From Chromera velia (Eukaryota): a stretch of DNA of 58,177 bases. Where the stretch lies: assembly GCA_018398765.1 (NCBI GenBank), contig JAHBMJ010000087.1, forward strand, positions 1-58,177, given 5' to 3'. Below the pieces are notes generated by a model that saw nothing but the letters and a program-made list of their open reading frames with translations, made no database searches and was not told where the DNA came from. Shown piece by piece: positions 1-11,822 of this stretch; position 1 is the first letter of the stretch; the number at the start of each line of letters is the position of its first letter. A program made the position numbers and the translations under genes.

Positions 1-36
<36 letters not shown>

Positions 37-40
37 TTTT

Positions 41-72
<32 letters not shown>

Positions 73-146
73 TTTCTCTTTCTCTTTCTCTTTCTCTTTC
101 TCTCTTTCTTTCTTTCTTTCTTTCTCTTTCTCTTTCTCTTTCTCTT

Positions 147-183
<37 letters not shown>

Positions 184-198
184 ATGTGTGTCTGTGTG
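1..198. repeat. (TC)n/(TTTC)n/(TG)n microsatellite tract at the 3' end of an intron
   Basis: Directly visible; ends just before CAG acceptor 201-203. Confidence 0.9.
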
Positions 199-203
199 TA
201 CAG

Positions 204-3200
204 GTCATCCCTCTGTTCCGATTCTTGGCAGACTCTCCCCTGGACCCTGAGAACAGTGGGATCCGTCTGGAACCCTCTCACTGGGTCGTGTTCTTCAAAA
301 ATCAATGGGAGGTTGGGGAGTGAAAGAGTGAGTGAGTGAGTGAATGAATAAGTGAGTAATTGAATGAATGAATGAGTGAGTGAGTGAGTGACTGAGCGAG
401 CGAGTAATTGGATGAGTGAGTGAATGAATAAGTGAGTAATTGAATGAGTGAAAGAGTGAGTGAGTGAGTGGGTGAGCGAGCAATTGAGTGAGTGAGTGAA
501 TGAATGAGTAAGTAATTCAATGAGTGAGTGAGTGAGTGAGTGAGTGAGTGAGCGAGCGGGCGAGTAATTAAATGAATGAGTGAATGAATAAGTGAGTAAC
601 TGAATGAGTGAGTGAATGAGTGAGTGAATGAGTGAGTGAGTGAGTGAGTGTGTGTGTGTGTGAGTGAGTGAGTGAGTGAGTGAGTGAGTAATTGAATGAG
701 TCGGGAACCCAGACAGGTCGTGAATTGAAGGCTGGATCCCGTCCCTTAAACGCCATTCAATGCTGGTGTCGATTTGTTCTTTTTTCTCTCTGAAGGCTCT
801 CACGAATCTATCTGTCTATCGATCTGTATATACTTCTGGCCTGGCTTCTCTCTTTCTGTGCTTATCTTCGGAGGGATCTATGTGCCTGTGTGTAGGTGCC
901 TCTCCTTTGCTGCTCTCAAAACCCCGTTTGCATGTATTTGCACGAACATCCACCAGCATGAGTGAGTGAGTGAGTGAGTGAGTAAGTGAGCGAATGAGTG
1001 AGTGAGTGAGTGAATTAATGATTGAATGAGTATGTGCAGATTCCAGGCGTGCACATTGAGGTGAACACCTCCCCTTTTGTTGGTCGATCCTTCCGTCTCC
1101 CCAAGAAGGACAGCCTCACGGAGGTGCGAGTACCCGCACCTTCTGCAAACAGCACTTGGAGGTGCGTCCTTAGGTCACATGTTTTTGTCTCTGATGACCT
1201 GGTCGTGGTAGTCTGTCTAAAGCGCTGGTGTTCATCTAATGGTGATGTGAGAGTGCATTCTGTCTGCTTGTTCTGTTGAGTTTGTTGGCAGGACTTTGTA
1301 CTGAAATTCCGATGGACGCGCTTGAAGAAAGATGTCTGTATACCCGCACACGCGCACGCAGTCCCGAGATTTTGTGGTCCTTCGGGTTACCCCTCCCGCT
1401 TTCTTTCCCGTTTGAACTCCTTTTCTTGCTTCGATCATTGCAGTGGGCGTCGGTGTGTGAGTCTTGAAGTGTTCATCTGCACAGGGGACGGTCTCCGTCT
1501 GACAGAGGACTCCATCAGGAAGGCAGTGGAGATGCCGAGTGGGACCGTCATCTTGAATCCGTACGAAAATGTGGGTCTGCATGTGGAGGGGATACAAGGA
1601 AGTGTGAGCTGTGCTCACTTATTGAATCCCTTTTTCTGATTGGAAAGATACAGAAAGTGCGCCCAATCGATAGCGATAGGCAATGAGTGACAGTCAGGCA
1701 GTGAAAAGGGCCGCTGAGAGGGCAGAAAGAGAGACAGAGCCCCGCAGGCGAGACATGAATCCCCCAGAAAGAATCATATCTGGTCACCAAAGCTTTTTCT
1801 GTACGTTCTCAATCAGCTGCACAGATGCAGTCTCTCAACTTCTTTCACACAGACACACACACACACACACACACACGCGCACGTGCGCACGCACACACAT
1901 ACATGCATGCATGCATACATACATACATACATATATATGTATACTCGTTTATGTATACATCACGTGCTGTGTGAGTGCAGCAGCCTGAGATGACCTTCGC
2001 CTTCGAGAACGGGGAGACTCTGGTCTTCTGCGGGAAGGGCGAGGAAGCTCCTCTCTCGGGGCAGGACGGGTTCTCGTCCTTGTGGAAAATGGTGCATCTT
2101 CGGTCTGCATGGGAGGGTTGATAGGGTCATGTGTGCGTCCTTTCACACTTGAGTGGATGCAGAAATTCTCTGCGAAGACAGTATCATCCGTGTGTAGGGG
2201 GTGTATGTATTTCTATACACAGAGCGCATTGTGTGGATGTGCAAAGGAGGGAGCTTGTCAGTGGAAGACGGAACGGGGTCCGTGCCCATTTCATCAAATA
2301 CGTGAATCGATCAGCCAGGGCGTGAGTCTTTGTTGATCTCCATTCATTCATACAGCGTGTGCAATCATGTATGCAATCCATCCGTAAGTGTAAGTGCGTG
2401 CAGATGCCGTTTGTCGTCAAGGACCTCTCTGACTTCCTGTCTGCGTTCCTATTGTAAATAGAGCAGGGTGAGTGGAAGGAAGAAGGCGGGGTGGATGAAG
2501 GAAGGACGGTCTGTTCTCCATTTGAGGATCCGAGGGCTTCTCTCTCAATTGTCCACAGAAAGAAAGTGTCCAGAAAATGAGTGCATGGGGAAATGCAATC
2601 CTCCATATGAGGATACCAAGACCAGATGATCGAGCTGTATGGGGTGAGTGCTTGATTTGTCGACCTTCTCCATGCATCCGAAAAAGTTCATGCATGCAGC
2701 TGGGCGGGCATGCTTCTTTGGATCATTCGTTGACCGATCCAAGAACCTGATTGTACGCACTGTACGCTGTACCTGCCTGCCTGCCTGCCTGCCTGCAGGC
2801 TGTCCTGGGACTTCTGCGCTTCCACTCGGACAGACACCATCGGAAGCTTTGCCAAGAGGTCGGGCGGGTAGTGCGCTGGCTGTCTTTTGATTGAAATTGA
2901 CTCAGACATATTCATAGGAGAGTTGATTCAGTCCTGTGCTAAGGCGCTTGGCTTAGTATTTCTTCTGGTCTTACTCACTCATTTCTTTACCCTTCTTAGC
3001 ATGTATGTCGGGCCTCTTTCTATGTACGTCTATATCATCTGTTGGGGCGGCATGTGAAGATCTTCTGCTTCGATTTGATGTTTCAAAAGAAAAAGGCAGC
3101 TTCCAATCCTTTGCACAAACTTTTGGATGTCGTGTTCATCAGAAAGAAGACTCGCACGAGTTGCATAGTCCCAATCGATCATGCAGTGTGTGCATCATTC

Positions 3201-3835
3201 ATCATTGTCTTTCTTTGGTCGTTCATGTATTCCTCAGGTACACAATCTTCTTGCCAGAGAGCGCTGAGGGCACTGGAGACACCGTGCAGCTCTCCAGCAG
3301 CACCAGCGGGTCCTCTAAAGTTTCCTTCCGAGTTGAGGGCTTCAGACAGGGCATGGAACTCATCGTTGGCAGGTGCGTCCAATGATCGGTCCGTGCTCTG
3401 CCATGTTCAGACTTCCCTTTCATATGTTGTGCCAACAGCACATACTGCAAAAACACAGAGAGGGAACGAGACGGCAAGAGAAAGCCGGCCCGTTGGAATG
3501 TGACGCTTCCGAATCGGCTATTTAGAATGGTGCATTCATTTATGCGTTTCTTTGCTTTTCCTCTCAACTTCATGCTTGACTTGTGAGTTCTGTACGTGGG
3601 GTGCCTCTTAATTCCTCTTAATTTCAGTGAACTGCTTGTAGTCCGCAAGACCGACGGCTGGGGCACGGTTCTCCGCGTTTTGGGGCCTGAGGGGTCGAGG
3701 GACTCTGTTCGATTGAAGACGAGCGTCAGACGAGGAATGACGTTCCTGCTGTGTGTAAAGAGGAAGGAGCCGCCACTTGCTGGTCTGCCTTGTGACGTCA
3801 TCAACCGCATCCTAACGCATCTCCTCCTTGAATGA
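204..3835 (+). CDS. 5'-truncated multi-exon gene, unknown protein with C-terminal F-box-like motif
   Basis: AG/GT-bounded exons: 204-311 (VIPLFRFLADSP...KNQWE), 1040-1123, ~1485-1590, 1984-2091, ~2799-2858, 3238-3372 and 3628-3835. The last ends TFLLCVKRKEPPLAGLPCDVINRILTHLLLE*. Internal exons at 1290-1480 and 2160-2650 are not resolved. Confidence 0.6.
318..700. repeat. (TGAG/TGAA)n microsatellite in intron
   Basis: Directly visible; similar tract at 960-1012. Confidence 0.9.
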
Positions 3836-3949
3836 CTCGATCTAGCTGCATGAGTCGATCGATCGAGTGATTTGGTAAGTATTGCAGATGGGCAGATCGA
3901 GAAGCAGACAGGTCTAGCTGTCTCGTGTTTCATGGGATGTGCAGGCATG

Positions 3950-4750
3950 TATTCGTTACCTCTACTAGTAGTAGGTTATCCATACATAAAAGAATTAATA
4001 AAAAAATGAATTCGTTCATGCTTACGTTCATGCATGCAGAATTTGCAAAAAAATAATTTAAGAAAATTAAGTTGAATCATATATAGTTTGTTTTAATAAT
4101 TATTTGTGTTTTTAAGTATTTTATAAAATAACTTTTATTGATTGATTGATTGATTGATTTATTCAGGCTTAATTCTTAACGGAACTAAAGTTGTTCAACA
4201 GATGTGTTACGTTTGCGGTGTCTATAGTGCAATGTTGCATAGAGGAATAGAAGGACCAAAGTAAAGCGGACGGGCTACTAGCTGAGTACTAGGAACAGAT
4301 CTCAAAAGACATTCCCCCAAGGAGCTAAAAATTGACTTATTTCTTATTAAATACAATTAATATGTAATCATGCATAAAATATTATTCTAGATTAAATTAA
4401 GCCTGCATTGACAGTTATTTACTAACAATTTTAACTTAGTTTGACCTTTCCTAGGACCTTTCTGGCAGTTTATTTTTTGATTTTTTTTTATATACGGATC
4501 GATTAAACGTAGCACTAGCCTAGGCACCTAGCTAAAGCCTATATAGGCAGTGTAGGCACTAGCTTTCATCAGTGAATCATCACTTGAATGATATGTAACA
4601 TGCACGACGGCCTAGACGACGGCCTAGTAGAAGTAAATAAACCTTGATTCTCTCTCAGAGAAGTTTATCTGATTTCAGGACTGATTTCAAGTTGGCTTGA
4701 TTTTAGAGCTTCATTTCTATGCAGCTTGGGGGTCATTTCCAGGCTGTACG
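3950..4750. repeat. AT-rich, CTAG-rich intergenic island, probable degenerate repeats
   Basis: No ORFs; (ATTG)n at 4137-4158 resembles a retroelement tail on the minus strand; six CTAG in 4511-4630. Confidence 0.45.
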
Positions 4751-5280
4751 TACGTCATTCACCCACATCCATGCACTTGCATGTTCACTGGCGTATGCAC
4801 CTAGGTATGCACTCGATCCATCCCGCCCATGCAGACGTACCCCCGCCCTGAGAGGGACAAGTCACTAAAGCACAAACCATGCATGCATGACGACTCACAC
4901 CACGCAGATGAAAACAATTAACACGCGAACCCTTCCATATACAGAACGAACGTCACAATTCCGTGCGTGAATTCTGTCAAGCAAATTCGAGCAGGTCCAG
5001 GATCGACAAAACGATCATGCCAGTCAGGACGTGCATCGTTGCTGACTCTTAATGTCAGGCCGACGGAGTATGATACAAGGAGAAATGGAGGCACACGCTC
5101 ACCTCTCAGGAGGACAATTAACCTTTCATTTCCATGCAACCCAACCAGGAGACCTACAGATCAAACACACCCTTGCAACACCTTCCAAGTCAGTCAGTCA
5201 GTCAGTCAATGAATTTGAGCTCGATGAGGCAGGCAGTTCTCAATGAAGTCTTGCTTTCCTTCCCTTATGAACTTGTTTAT

Positions 5281-7066
5281 TCAACTCCAGCTTACTCGCC
5301 CCGAGTGACTGTCCCCCCCTTCCTCTTTCTCGTCTTCTTCTTCCCACAGATACGGGAGAGGAAACACAAAGGGACCCCCTTCTCCCCTTTCCCTCTGTCC
5401 CCGACCGAAGGACGAGATCAGTCTCTGTGCCTCTTCTGACCGAACAAACCGCACAAACTCCAAGGAGGCACTCATCGGAGAGCACCCCTGGAGCCTCTCT
5501 GGGTCCGCCACTGCGGCCAGGTATGGGCGTCTCATCTTGGGGTCCTCTGCGACCATCTGGATGAGACCTGCTTTCGGGATCTTCCCCTTGGCAAACGGGA
5601 GACGGCCCACAATGGTGTACGCCCCCCTTGCGGCGGCGGCCTCGGTGATGTTTTGGGGGTCCGGGGCGTCGGAGGGGATGAGCCATGATGGGTCGGGGCG
5701 CGCCCCTGAGGCCGTGAGCAGATGGGAGAGTACTGTGGACTGACCTGCACGCACAGGGATCGAGGGAGAAAGCAGCAACCAAACCCAGAAAGAATCATAA
5801 AAGAAGGCAGGCACATGAAATGAAAGAGCGAAGAAACAACATGACAACAGAAAACTGGTTAACTGTTTCTTCTTTCAAACCTCAACTCTGCATGGATGAT
5901 GGGTCAGCCAGGCAGGCAGGCAGGCAGGCAGGAAGGCATGCGGATCAACAGGGATGGATCTGGGAGGAACCAGGGCAGACAGAAGGGAGACGCGTTGGTC
6001 TCTCAGTCCGTCTGTGCACACGCAGGCGAATGGCTGCATTGAAATTGTTGTGTTGGTGCAATTTCGACTTCTCGTTCTACTGACATCTTTTGTCTGTCTC
6101 TATTCCCGCTCGACGATCGGCCTGCTGGTGCAACTCCCCCTGCTCCCCCACCCACCTGTGCCCATTGAAGGGAAGATGAAGGTCGCGTTTGAGTCTGCTG
6201 CAATTCTCCTGATGGCCTCCGTCCCGTTGGTCAAATTTTGGATTCCTGCGGGGTCTTCTGGGGGTCCTACCTGAAGGGGCACAGGGAGAGAGGGGAGAAG
6301 TGGCAAATAGAGCGTGTGGACACGCGGAAAGCACCTGGACACAGAGACGCAGAGAGAAGCGAGAAAACAGAAAGATAGAAAGAACGGGGATGCAGAGAGA
6401 ACAGAGGAAGCAGGCAGACGGCAGAAAGGCGATCCAAACACAGCTGCATGCAGGCGCTAGTCGAACGTCCCCAATAATTCTCGTACAACCTGAGCCAACG
6501 ATTTTCGAGATTCTTTCCAGAGAAATACAACCTCTATGTTTCAAGGTTTTGCATAAAGAAAACAAGAAAAAAGTTTGGCGGTCATTCAATAATAACCGTC
6601 GACTCACCAACCCCATGCACGCTATGGCCCCCCCACGACATATGAAGAGTCTTCCTCCTCTCCCTTCTTTCTCTCTGCGTGTCTGTCTGTCTGTCGTGCT
6701 GACCAGAATCAGATCATTGAAGGCCCACGGGGTGAGGTGGCTGACGTACCCCTCTGCGGTGAGGAGCGCCAGGTCGTCTGAGGAGTGCATCAGAATGACG
6801 TCCGCCTCGCCTCGTCTGAAGGCGGGGAGGATCACCTCCTTGTTGCCCTTCACAGACAGACACACCGGAAGAGTCCGCCCAGGAAGGGCATTGAATGCAG
6901 ACTCCAACTGTGCGTACACGCCACTCATGACGATCCCCCCTATCACGGCAGCTCGGACTGAGCTCTCTGCTTGGCATGTTCTCTTGCTGGTGGAGAGGAG
7001 ACGGCGCTCTGATGCAGACGCCGTCCCAAGAACCAAAGCCGCGGTCACTCCGAAGAAAAGCATCAT
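5281..7066 (-). CDS. TupA-like (tungstate/oxyanion ABC-type, PBP_like_2) solute-binding protein with signal peptide, 313 aa, 3 exons
   Basis: Exons 7066-6704, 6270-6156 and 5744-5281 splice in frame with GT-AG introns. Motifs GEADVILMHS, AFNDLILVGPPEDPAGI, GAYTIVGR, EDPKMRRPY and FVRSEEAQRLISSFG match the TupA family layout. N-terminus is hydrophobic (MMLFFGVTAALVLGTASA). Confidence 0.85.
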
Positions 7067-7249
7067 GAGATAATCTGAAGGGGGGCCCAAGCTTCAATCT
7101 AACAGCGACTTGAGACCACTGCGCAGCGCTGGAATCAGATCTTGTACGCAATCCAACCGACGCTCCGGCCTGATTTGTTGAACGGCAGGGGTTGGTATAG
7201 GGTGCAGCACGTCGCGTTAGTCCTCCTAACTTAAGGCTTAGCCTTGCAA

Positions 7250-7355
7250 TCCCTTGCATGCCGTCTCCTCGCGCTCGCGGCTGCATGACTCGGCGCGGCG
7301 GCCCAAGACATGCATGGGCCGCGCCGCGCGTGCACGCGCACAAAGCCATGCAAGA
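7250..7355. promoter_or_regulatory. GC-rich island with clustered TGCATG motifs between divergent genes
   Basis: Several TGCATG/CATGCA copies in GC-rich DNA between the TupA-like start and the DnaJ gene. (T)GCATGC(A) is a known ApiAP2-bound motif in apicomplexans. Confidence 0.5.
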
Positions 7356-7758
7356 CTCAAGTAGACGGTTGGATCATGGCTGCCGCAGCGCCATACTTTC
7401 CGAGCCCTGGTTGTTTTGACGGTCTCTTCGTACTGCGGAGCGGATCCGGACTACTATTATCCTGCGGACTCCACACAGGCCTGCCAGCTCACTTACTGCT
7501 TGACCCAAACGTCCAAGAGATCGACAGGCCGTCCCTCTGTGACAGCCGAGCTGCAAGCCGTCTCTTAGCACTGCTAGCAGCAAGACCAGTCGTCGCATGA
7601 CTGGGCACTGAAGGATTACCCTGGAAGAGACTGTACCTGTCTCACCGACTGCGGAGGCTTCGTAGTGCCCTCAGCCTTGAAAAGAGGTCAGACCGAAGGG
7701 CACCAATTCCGGTGCCGTCTCCTTCGCTGATCCAGTCCGTCTCTTTCTCTCTGTCGAG

Positions 7759-7793
<35 letters not shown>

Positions 7794-7854
7794 ACTCTCT
7801 CTCTCTGTGTGTGTGTATGTGTGTATGTGTGTGTGTGCATGTGTGTGTATGTGC

Positions 7855-7899
<45 letters not shown>

Positions 7900-8230
7900 T
7901 GTGTGTGTGCGTATCTCTCTCTTTGATTTTCTGTGCATCTTTTCTTCTGATTGTTTTTTGCCCGCCTGGACTCGTTCTGTGTGTGTCTCTTCCTCTGCCT
8001 CAATTTTGTTTCTCGGTGGTGAATCAGATCTGCTGATGCAGTCTTGTGCAGTTTGCTTTCTTTCTTCCCTCCTCTTCTGTTCCCTTCCCTTCCCTTCTAC
8101 TCTCAGGCTGTTCGACCCTCCCAGTCGCTTTTCGAGAGTCTGAAGACGAAAGATAGAAACGAAGGTAGAGCAACAGAGAGAGAAGGCAGAGCGACAGAGA
8201 GAGAGAAAGAGAAAGAGATAGAAGAGTCAA

Positions 8231-10870
8231 ATGGACGAGAGCAGAGCGTTGGAGGTCTTAGGCCTCTCTCCCTGCCTTCCTTTCTCCTTCGATGAGGTCC
8301 GAAGAAGGTACAGAGAGCTCGTGAAGACACATCACCCGGACAAGCAACAACAAAAGTCAAAGGAGAAGCAAAGGAGAGAACGCGAACTGGAAACGCTTCC
8401 ATGTTCCTACACTTCCGTGGCTGTTTGTGGGTCAGATAAAAAAAACCAAGCAGAACGAGAGAAAGAATTTGATGGGCAAACACGTGAGCACCCCCCTTCT
8501 CCCTTTTTCACTTTTAGAGAAACGCCCAGCAATGCAAAGGACAAATTCCAGACGATTCAAGAAGCCTTCGAGGTCCTCCGACGGTCCGACGGGAGGAGAC
8601 GGCAGAAGGAGGCTCAGACGCCTGAGCTCCTCTCCGTCCTTCCTCAGAGGGACGTGGTGCGGTGTGTGGCTGTGTGGACAGAGCCTTCGTGGGGTCTCGA
8701 GGGAGCGGTTGCGTTTGCAGTTGACACAGGGAGTGTGTGCGTGCACACTGTCAGTCACTTGTTTGGGTCAGCAGAGAATGAGAACGAGAAAGGGAGGTCC
8801 GATAAGCAGCTGGTGTTGGGGTTGCTGGGGGAAAGGGGAGGGGAGGGGAGAGGTGTGGAGGGAGAGGGAGAAGAAGGGGGGAGACAAAGGATGCAGAACA
8901 GGACGTGGTATGATCACTCGGCAGTTGTGTCCTGTCTTGCATTTTCAAGAACTCTAGGGGAGGAAGGGGAAGGCATTGGTAGCGCACAAGAGGGAAAGAG
9001 AGATGAACGGGAAGACGGTGTGTTGCTGTTGTTCTGTGGCAGCATCGATGGGTCCGTTTGGCTTTGGGTGGTCTTGTCAGGCGTTTGCGCGGGCAGGGTG
9101 ATCGGCTCGTCAGAGAGTCCTGTGTTTGGGGTGGCTGTGACTGAGGGGGGTCTTCGTTGCGCTGCTGCGGGGGGTGACGGTACTCTGATATTGTGGGAGA
9201 GGTGTCTGAGTGTGGATGACGAAGATTTGCGTTTTCTTGCAGAGACAAATGGGGGGGGGGATAGAGAAGAGGTGGACGCAGAGGGAGGGAGAGAGAGAAC
9301 AGCGGAGAGGGGTTCGTTGTCAGGAGTGGCACCCGAGTGGCGTGCTGGGAAGGAAATGGGAGTGGAAGCTCTGAGGGCAGCCTGTGGGGGACTGGAAGGA
9401 GTGACCTTTGCAAATAAAGACATGGAGCTGGGGGGGGTGGATTGTGATGATTTTTTGTTTCTAGTTGGGACTGCAGGGGTGACATTGTTTGACTTCAGAG
9501 AGGGCACCCCTGTCAGCAGAACTCTGGAGGACGAAAGTCTGTTTGCAGTCGCTTGCTGCGGCCCGGTTGTTATTTGTGGGGGCAAGGCCGGTGTCGCGTT
9601 TGTGTTGAGGACGCTTGTCAGAGGAGACGGGGTCCCAGAAGGCGTGTGTGCGCATCCTGAGGGTGGGAGTACCGCTTTGCACCTGGAAGTGGTGGGTCAT
9701 CTGGACCATACAGAGCCTGTGCTGTCTGTCTTTTGTTGCCCGTCCGGTTCCTTTTATGTTCCTGGAAGAGGGGGTGTGACGGAAGGGGAAGAGAAAGGGA
9801 AAGAGAGTGCCGCTGGCGGTTTGGTGCTTCTAGGGGCGGAGAGTGGGAGTGTGAGTGGGTGGGATGTGTGCCTTCGCAGGTCTTCCTCTTCCTCCTCATC
9901 TTGTTTCGACGATCATGTTGAGAGGGGGACAGGGGGACTCCGATCATGTGCGAGTCCGGATGATCATGGAGCAGAGGCAGTTGAAGATCCTGAACCTCAC
10001 CCGAATGATAGTCAGTACGTAGAAAGAGAGAGTAATGAAGCAATTGACGAGAAGCCTGAGGGGGATCTGAAGAAATTCGTTGGCGTCTCCTCCTCTTCTT
10101 CTTCTTCTTCTTTACAGTTTGAGTTGTCATCCCGTTTGGTGGTCTCCCTGTCCGTTGAGTCCTCAGGGACCTCTGCCGCGAGGGCGTGCGTCAGGAAGAC
10201 CAGCTGCGGGGCGGGTGCAAAGAGCGCAGATGTCCTCTCTGTTGCAGGGTGGTGTGTCTCGGGAAGGGTAGACGCACCGCCGTGTGTCTCGGGAAGGGTA
10301 GACGCAGCGCCATATGAGGTCGAAGGGAAAGGGAAAAACGCAGCTCAGATTGAAAAAGAGGAAGAGAACAGAGAGAGGGTGAAAACGTGTGGGGGGAGAG
10401 GAAAACCTTCTGAAGGACGTGTTGCAGAAGAATCCTTCTCTCTCAGGGATCCTCTCAATCGCCTGCAGGGGGGCCCTCCTGTTGCTTCTGGCGGGTTGGA
10501 TCGCCCCTGTATTCAGGTTTCCCCTCTGCAGGTAGAGGCGGATAACGGAGGGTCTCAGAGAGAAACGCATTTCGTCACTCATTTATGTGCGTCTGCACCT
10601 GCGTCGTGTGATGCAAACGCAGTGCCCCCTTCTTCTTCCGTCTCCTCGTCTCTTTCTCGTCTAGCTGCCGGTGACTTCAGCACCTCAGCAGGGGAGGACA
10701 AAGGGACGGCAGCTGCCGCAGCAGAGAAGGCGGCAGAGCGGCTGCAGGTATCGCCTGGTGAGGGTGAGGCGCACCGCCGTATGATCAGTTGTCGTGACAA
10801 TACTTGTTTGCTGCTCTTGGCGATGTCTGATAGAGATGTGGGCCTGTCCTTGTGGAAAGTCAGACTGTGA
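8231..10870 (+). CDS. J-domain (DnaJ type C) protein with degenerate WD40 repeats, 879 aa, single exon
   Basis: ALEVLGL...DEVRRRYRELVKTHHPDK...KFQTIQEAFEVL is a J-domain with HPD. WD40-like repeats: DHSAVVSCLAF, CGSIDGSVWLW, AAAGGDGTLILWE, DHTEPVLSV, GAESGSVSGWD. Confidence 0.85.
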   Translation: MDESRALEVLGLSPCLPFSFDEVRRRYRELVKTHHPDKQQQKSKEKQRRERELETLPCSYTSVAVCGSDKKNQAEREKEFDGQTREHPPSPFFTFRETPSNAKDKFQTIQEAFEVLRRSDGRRRQKEAQTPELLSVLPQRDVVRCVAVWTEPSWGLEGAVAFAVDTGSVCVHTVSHLFGSAENENEKGRSDKQLVLGLLGERGGEGRGVEGEGEEGGRQRMQNRTWYDHSAVVSCLAFSRTLGEEGEGIGSAQEGKRDEREDGVLLLFCGSIDGSVWLWVVLSGVCAGRVIGSSESPVFGVAVTEGGLRCAAAGGDGTLILWERCLSVDDEDLRFLAETNGGGDREEVDAEGGRERTAERGSLSGVAPEWRAGKEMGVEALRAACGGLEGVTFANKDMELGGVDCDDFLFLVGTAGVTLFDFREGTPVSRTLEDESLFAVACCGPVVICGGKAGVAFVLRTLVRGDGVPEGVCAHPEGGSTALHLEVVGHLDHTEPVLSVFCCPSGSFYVPGRGGVTEGEEKGKESAAGGLVLLGAESGSVSGWDVCLRRSSSSSSSCFDDHVERGTGGLRSCASPDDHGAEAVEDPEPHPNDSQYVERESNEAIDEKPEGDLKKFVGVSSSSSSSSLQFELSSRLVVSLSVESSGTSAARACVRKTSCGAGAKSADVLSVAGWCVSGRVDAPPCVSGRVDAAPYEVEGKGKNAAQIEKEEENRERVKTCGGRGKPSEGRVAEESFSLRDPLNRLQGGPPVASGGLDRPCIQVSPLQVEADNGGSQRETHFVTHLCASAPASCDANAVPPSSSVSSSLSRLAAGDFSTSAGEDKGTAAAAAEKAAERLQVSPGEGEAHRRMISCRDNTCLLLLAMSDRDVGLSLWKVRL

Positions 10871-11486
10871 CACAAATCAGGCTCTGAGGTCCTAGATCAG
10901 AACGCGTGCTCCAACCAGGTTGTGGCTGTGAGTATTAATGTGAAAGGATTTCTTCAAAAGTAGAGGGATACCGTGTGACTCTTTATACACTGCATGATAC
11001 AGAGATTTTAAATGATGGTTCAAGCATAACTTGGAAGCTTACCGTTACTAATCCTATATCTAGTCTAGTCTAGTTATGTATACGGCATTTAACGACACTA
11101 TAAACGAGACAGTATATTATACGTACTATCTAGTATACTATCTCTAGCAGTATCTTATACTAGCTGTATGTATGGTATGCTTAGTACTTTGCATAATGAT
11201 TTACGGTACAAGTCGAGGCCCGGCAGTGGACCGCGGGGCAATCTGGAACATAAATCTAAATCCTAATCCTAATTCTAATGATGTGCCTAGCAAATTGACA
11301 GAGAAAAAGAAGAAAAAAAAAAAAACTATGCAATGTGAATTTTGAATTGAATTGAGGCGGTTAAAGCTGGTGAACCACCAATTAGGCTCTGGCCAACTAT
11401 AGCCAACCACAAGGCATGATATGCAATGTTGGTTTGTTCACCTAGCGCATCGACCCATTCACACATGACAAGTTGATAACACGAAC

Positions 11487-11822
11487 TTACGTTAATTTGG
11501 CTATACACTCCTCTACCGCCTTCATACGCGCCAAAGGCTGGAACGAGGATATAAAAGCGATCATCTTTCGAACTTTCTTTTCACTCTTCCTCACTCCCCT
11601 ACCAGCTGAGGCAGCCACCCATTGTGCAATTTCCACCCGTTTCTCAATGGGTGCGAGCTCCTTTATTCTGCTGATAATTTCGTCAAGCTTCCGTCTTTCC
11701 CTCTCTATGTTCGCACATTCCGTGAGCAGGTGGAGATCGCGCATTTGTTCCCCTCCTCTCTTTTTATCGAGAGGTCTTACATTTCTCTTTGAGCTACGTA
11801 TGACCTCTCCGACTGCCATCAC
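11487..11822 (-). mobile_element. Possible 3' remnant of a non-LTR retrotransposon ORF2
   Basis: DLHLLTECANIERER resembles the H-x4-C half of the CCHC motif in the other LINE remnants (EIHVLTECPLHSGER). Confidence 0.4.

Noticed and set aside
1040..2040. TrkA-C/RCK_C-like resemblance (SPFVGRSF...VILNP...FENGETLVFCG)
   Set aside because: Spacing depends on unresolved intervening exons and similarity is weak; needs an HMM search.
7376..7600. Short ORF upstream of the DnaJ gene
   Set aside because: No recognisable motif; more likely 5' UTR or a uORF.
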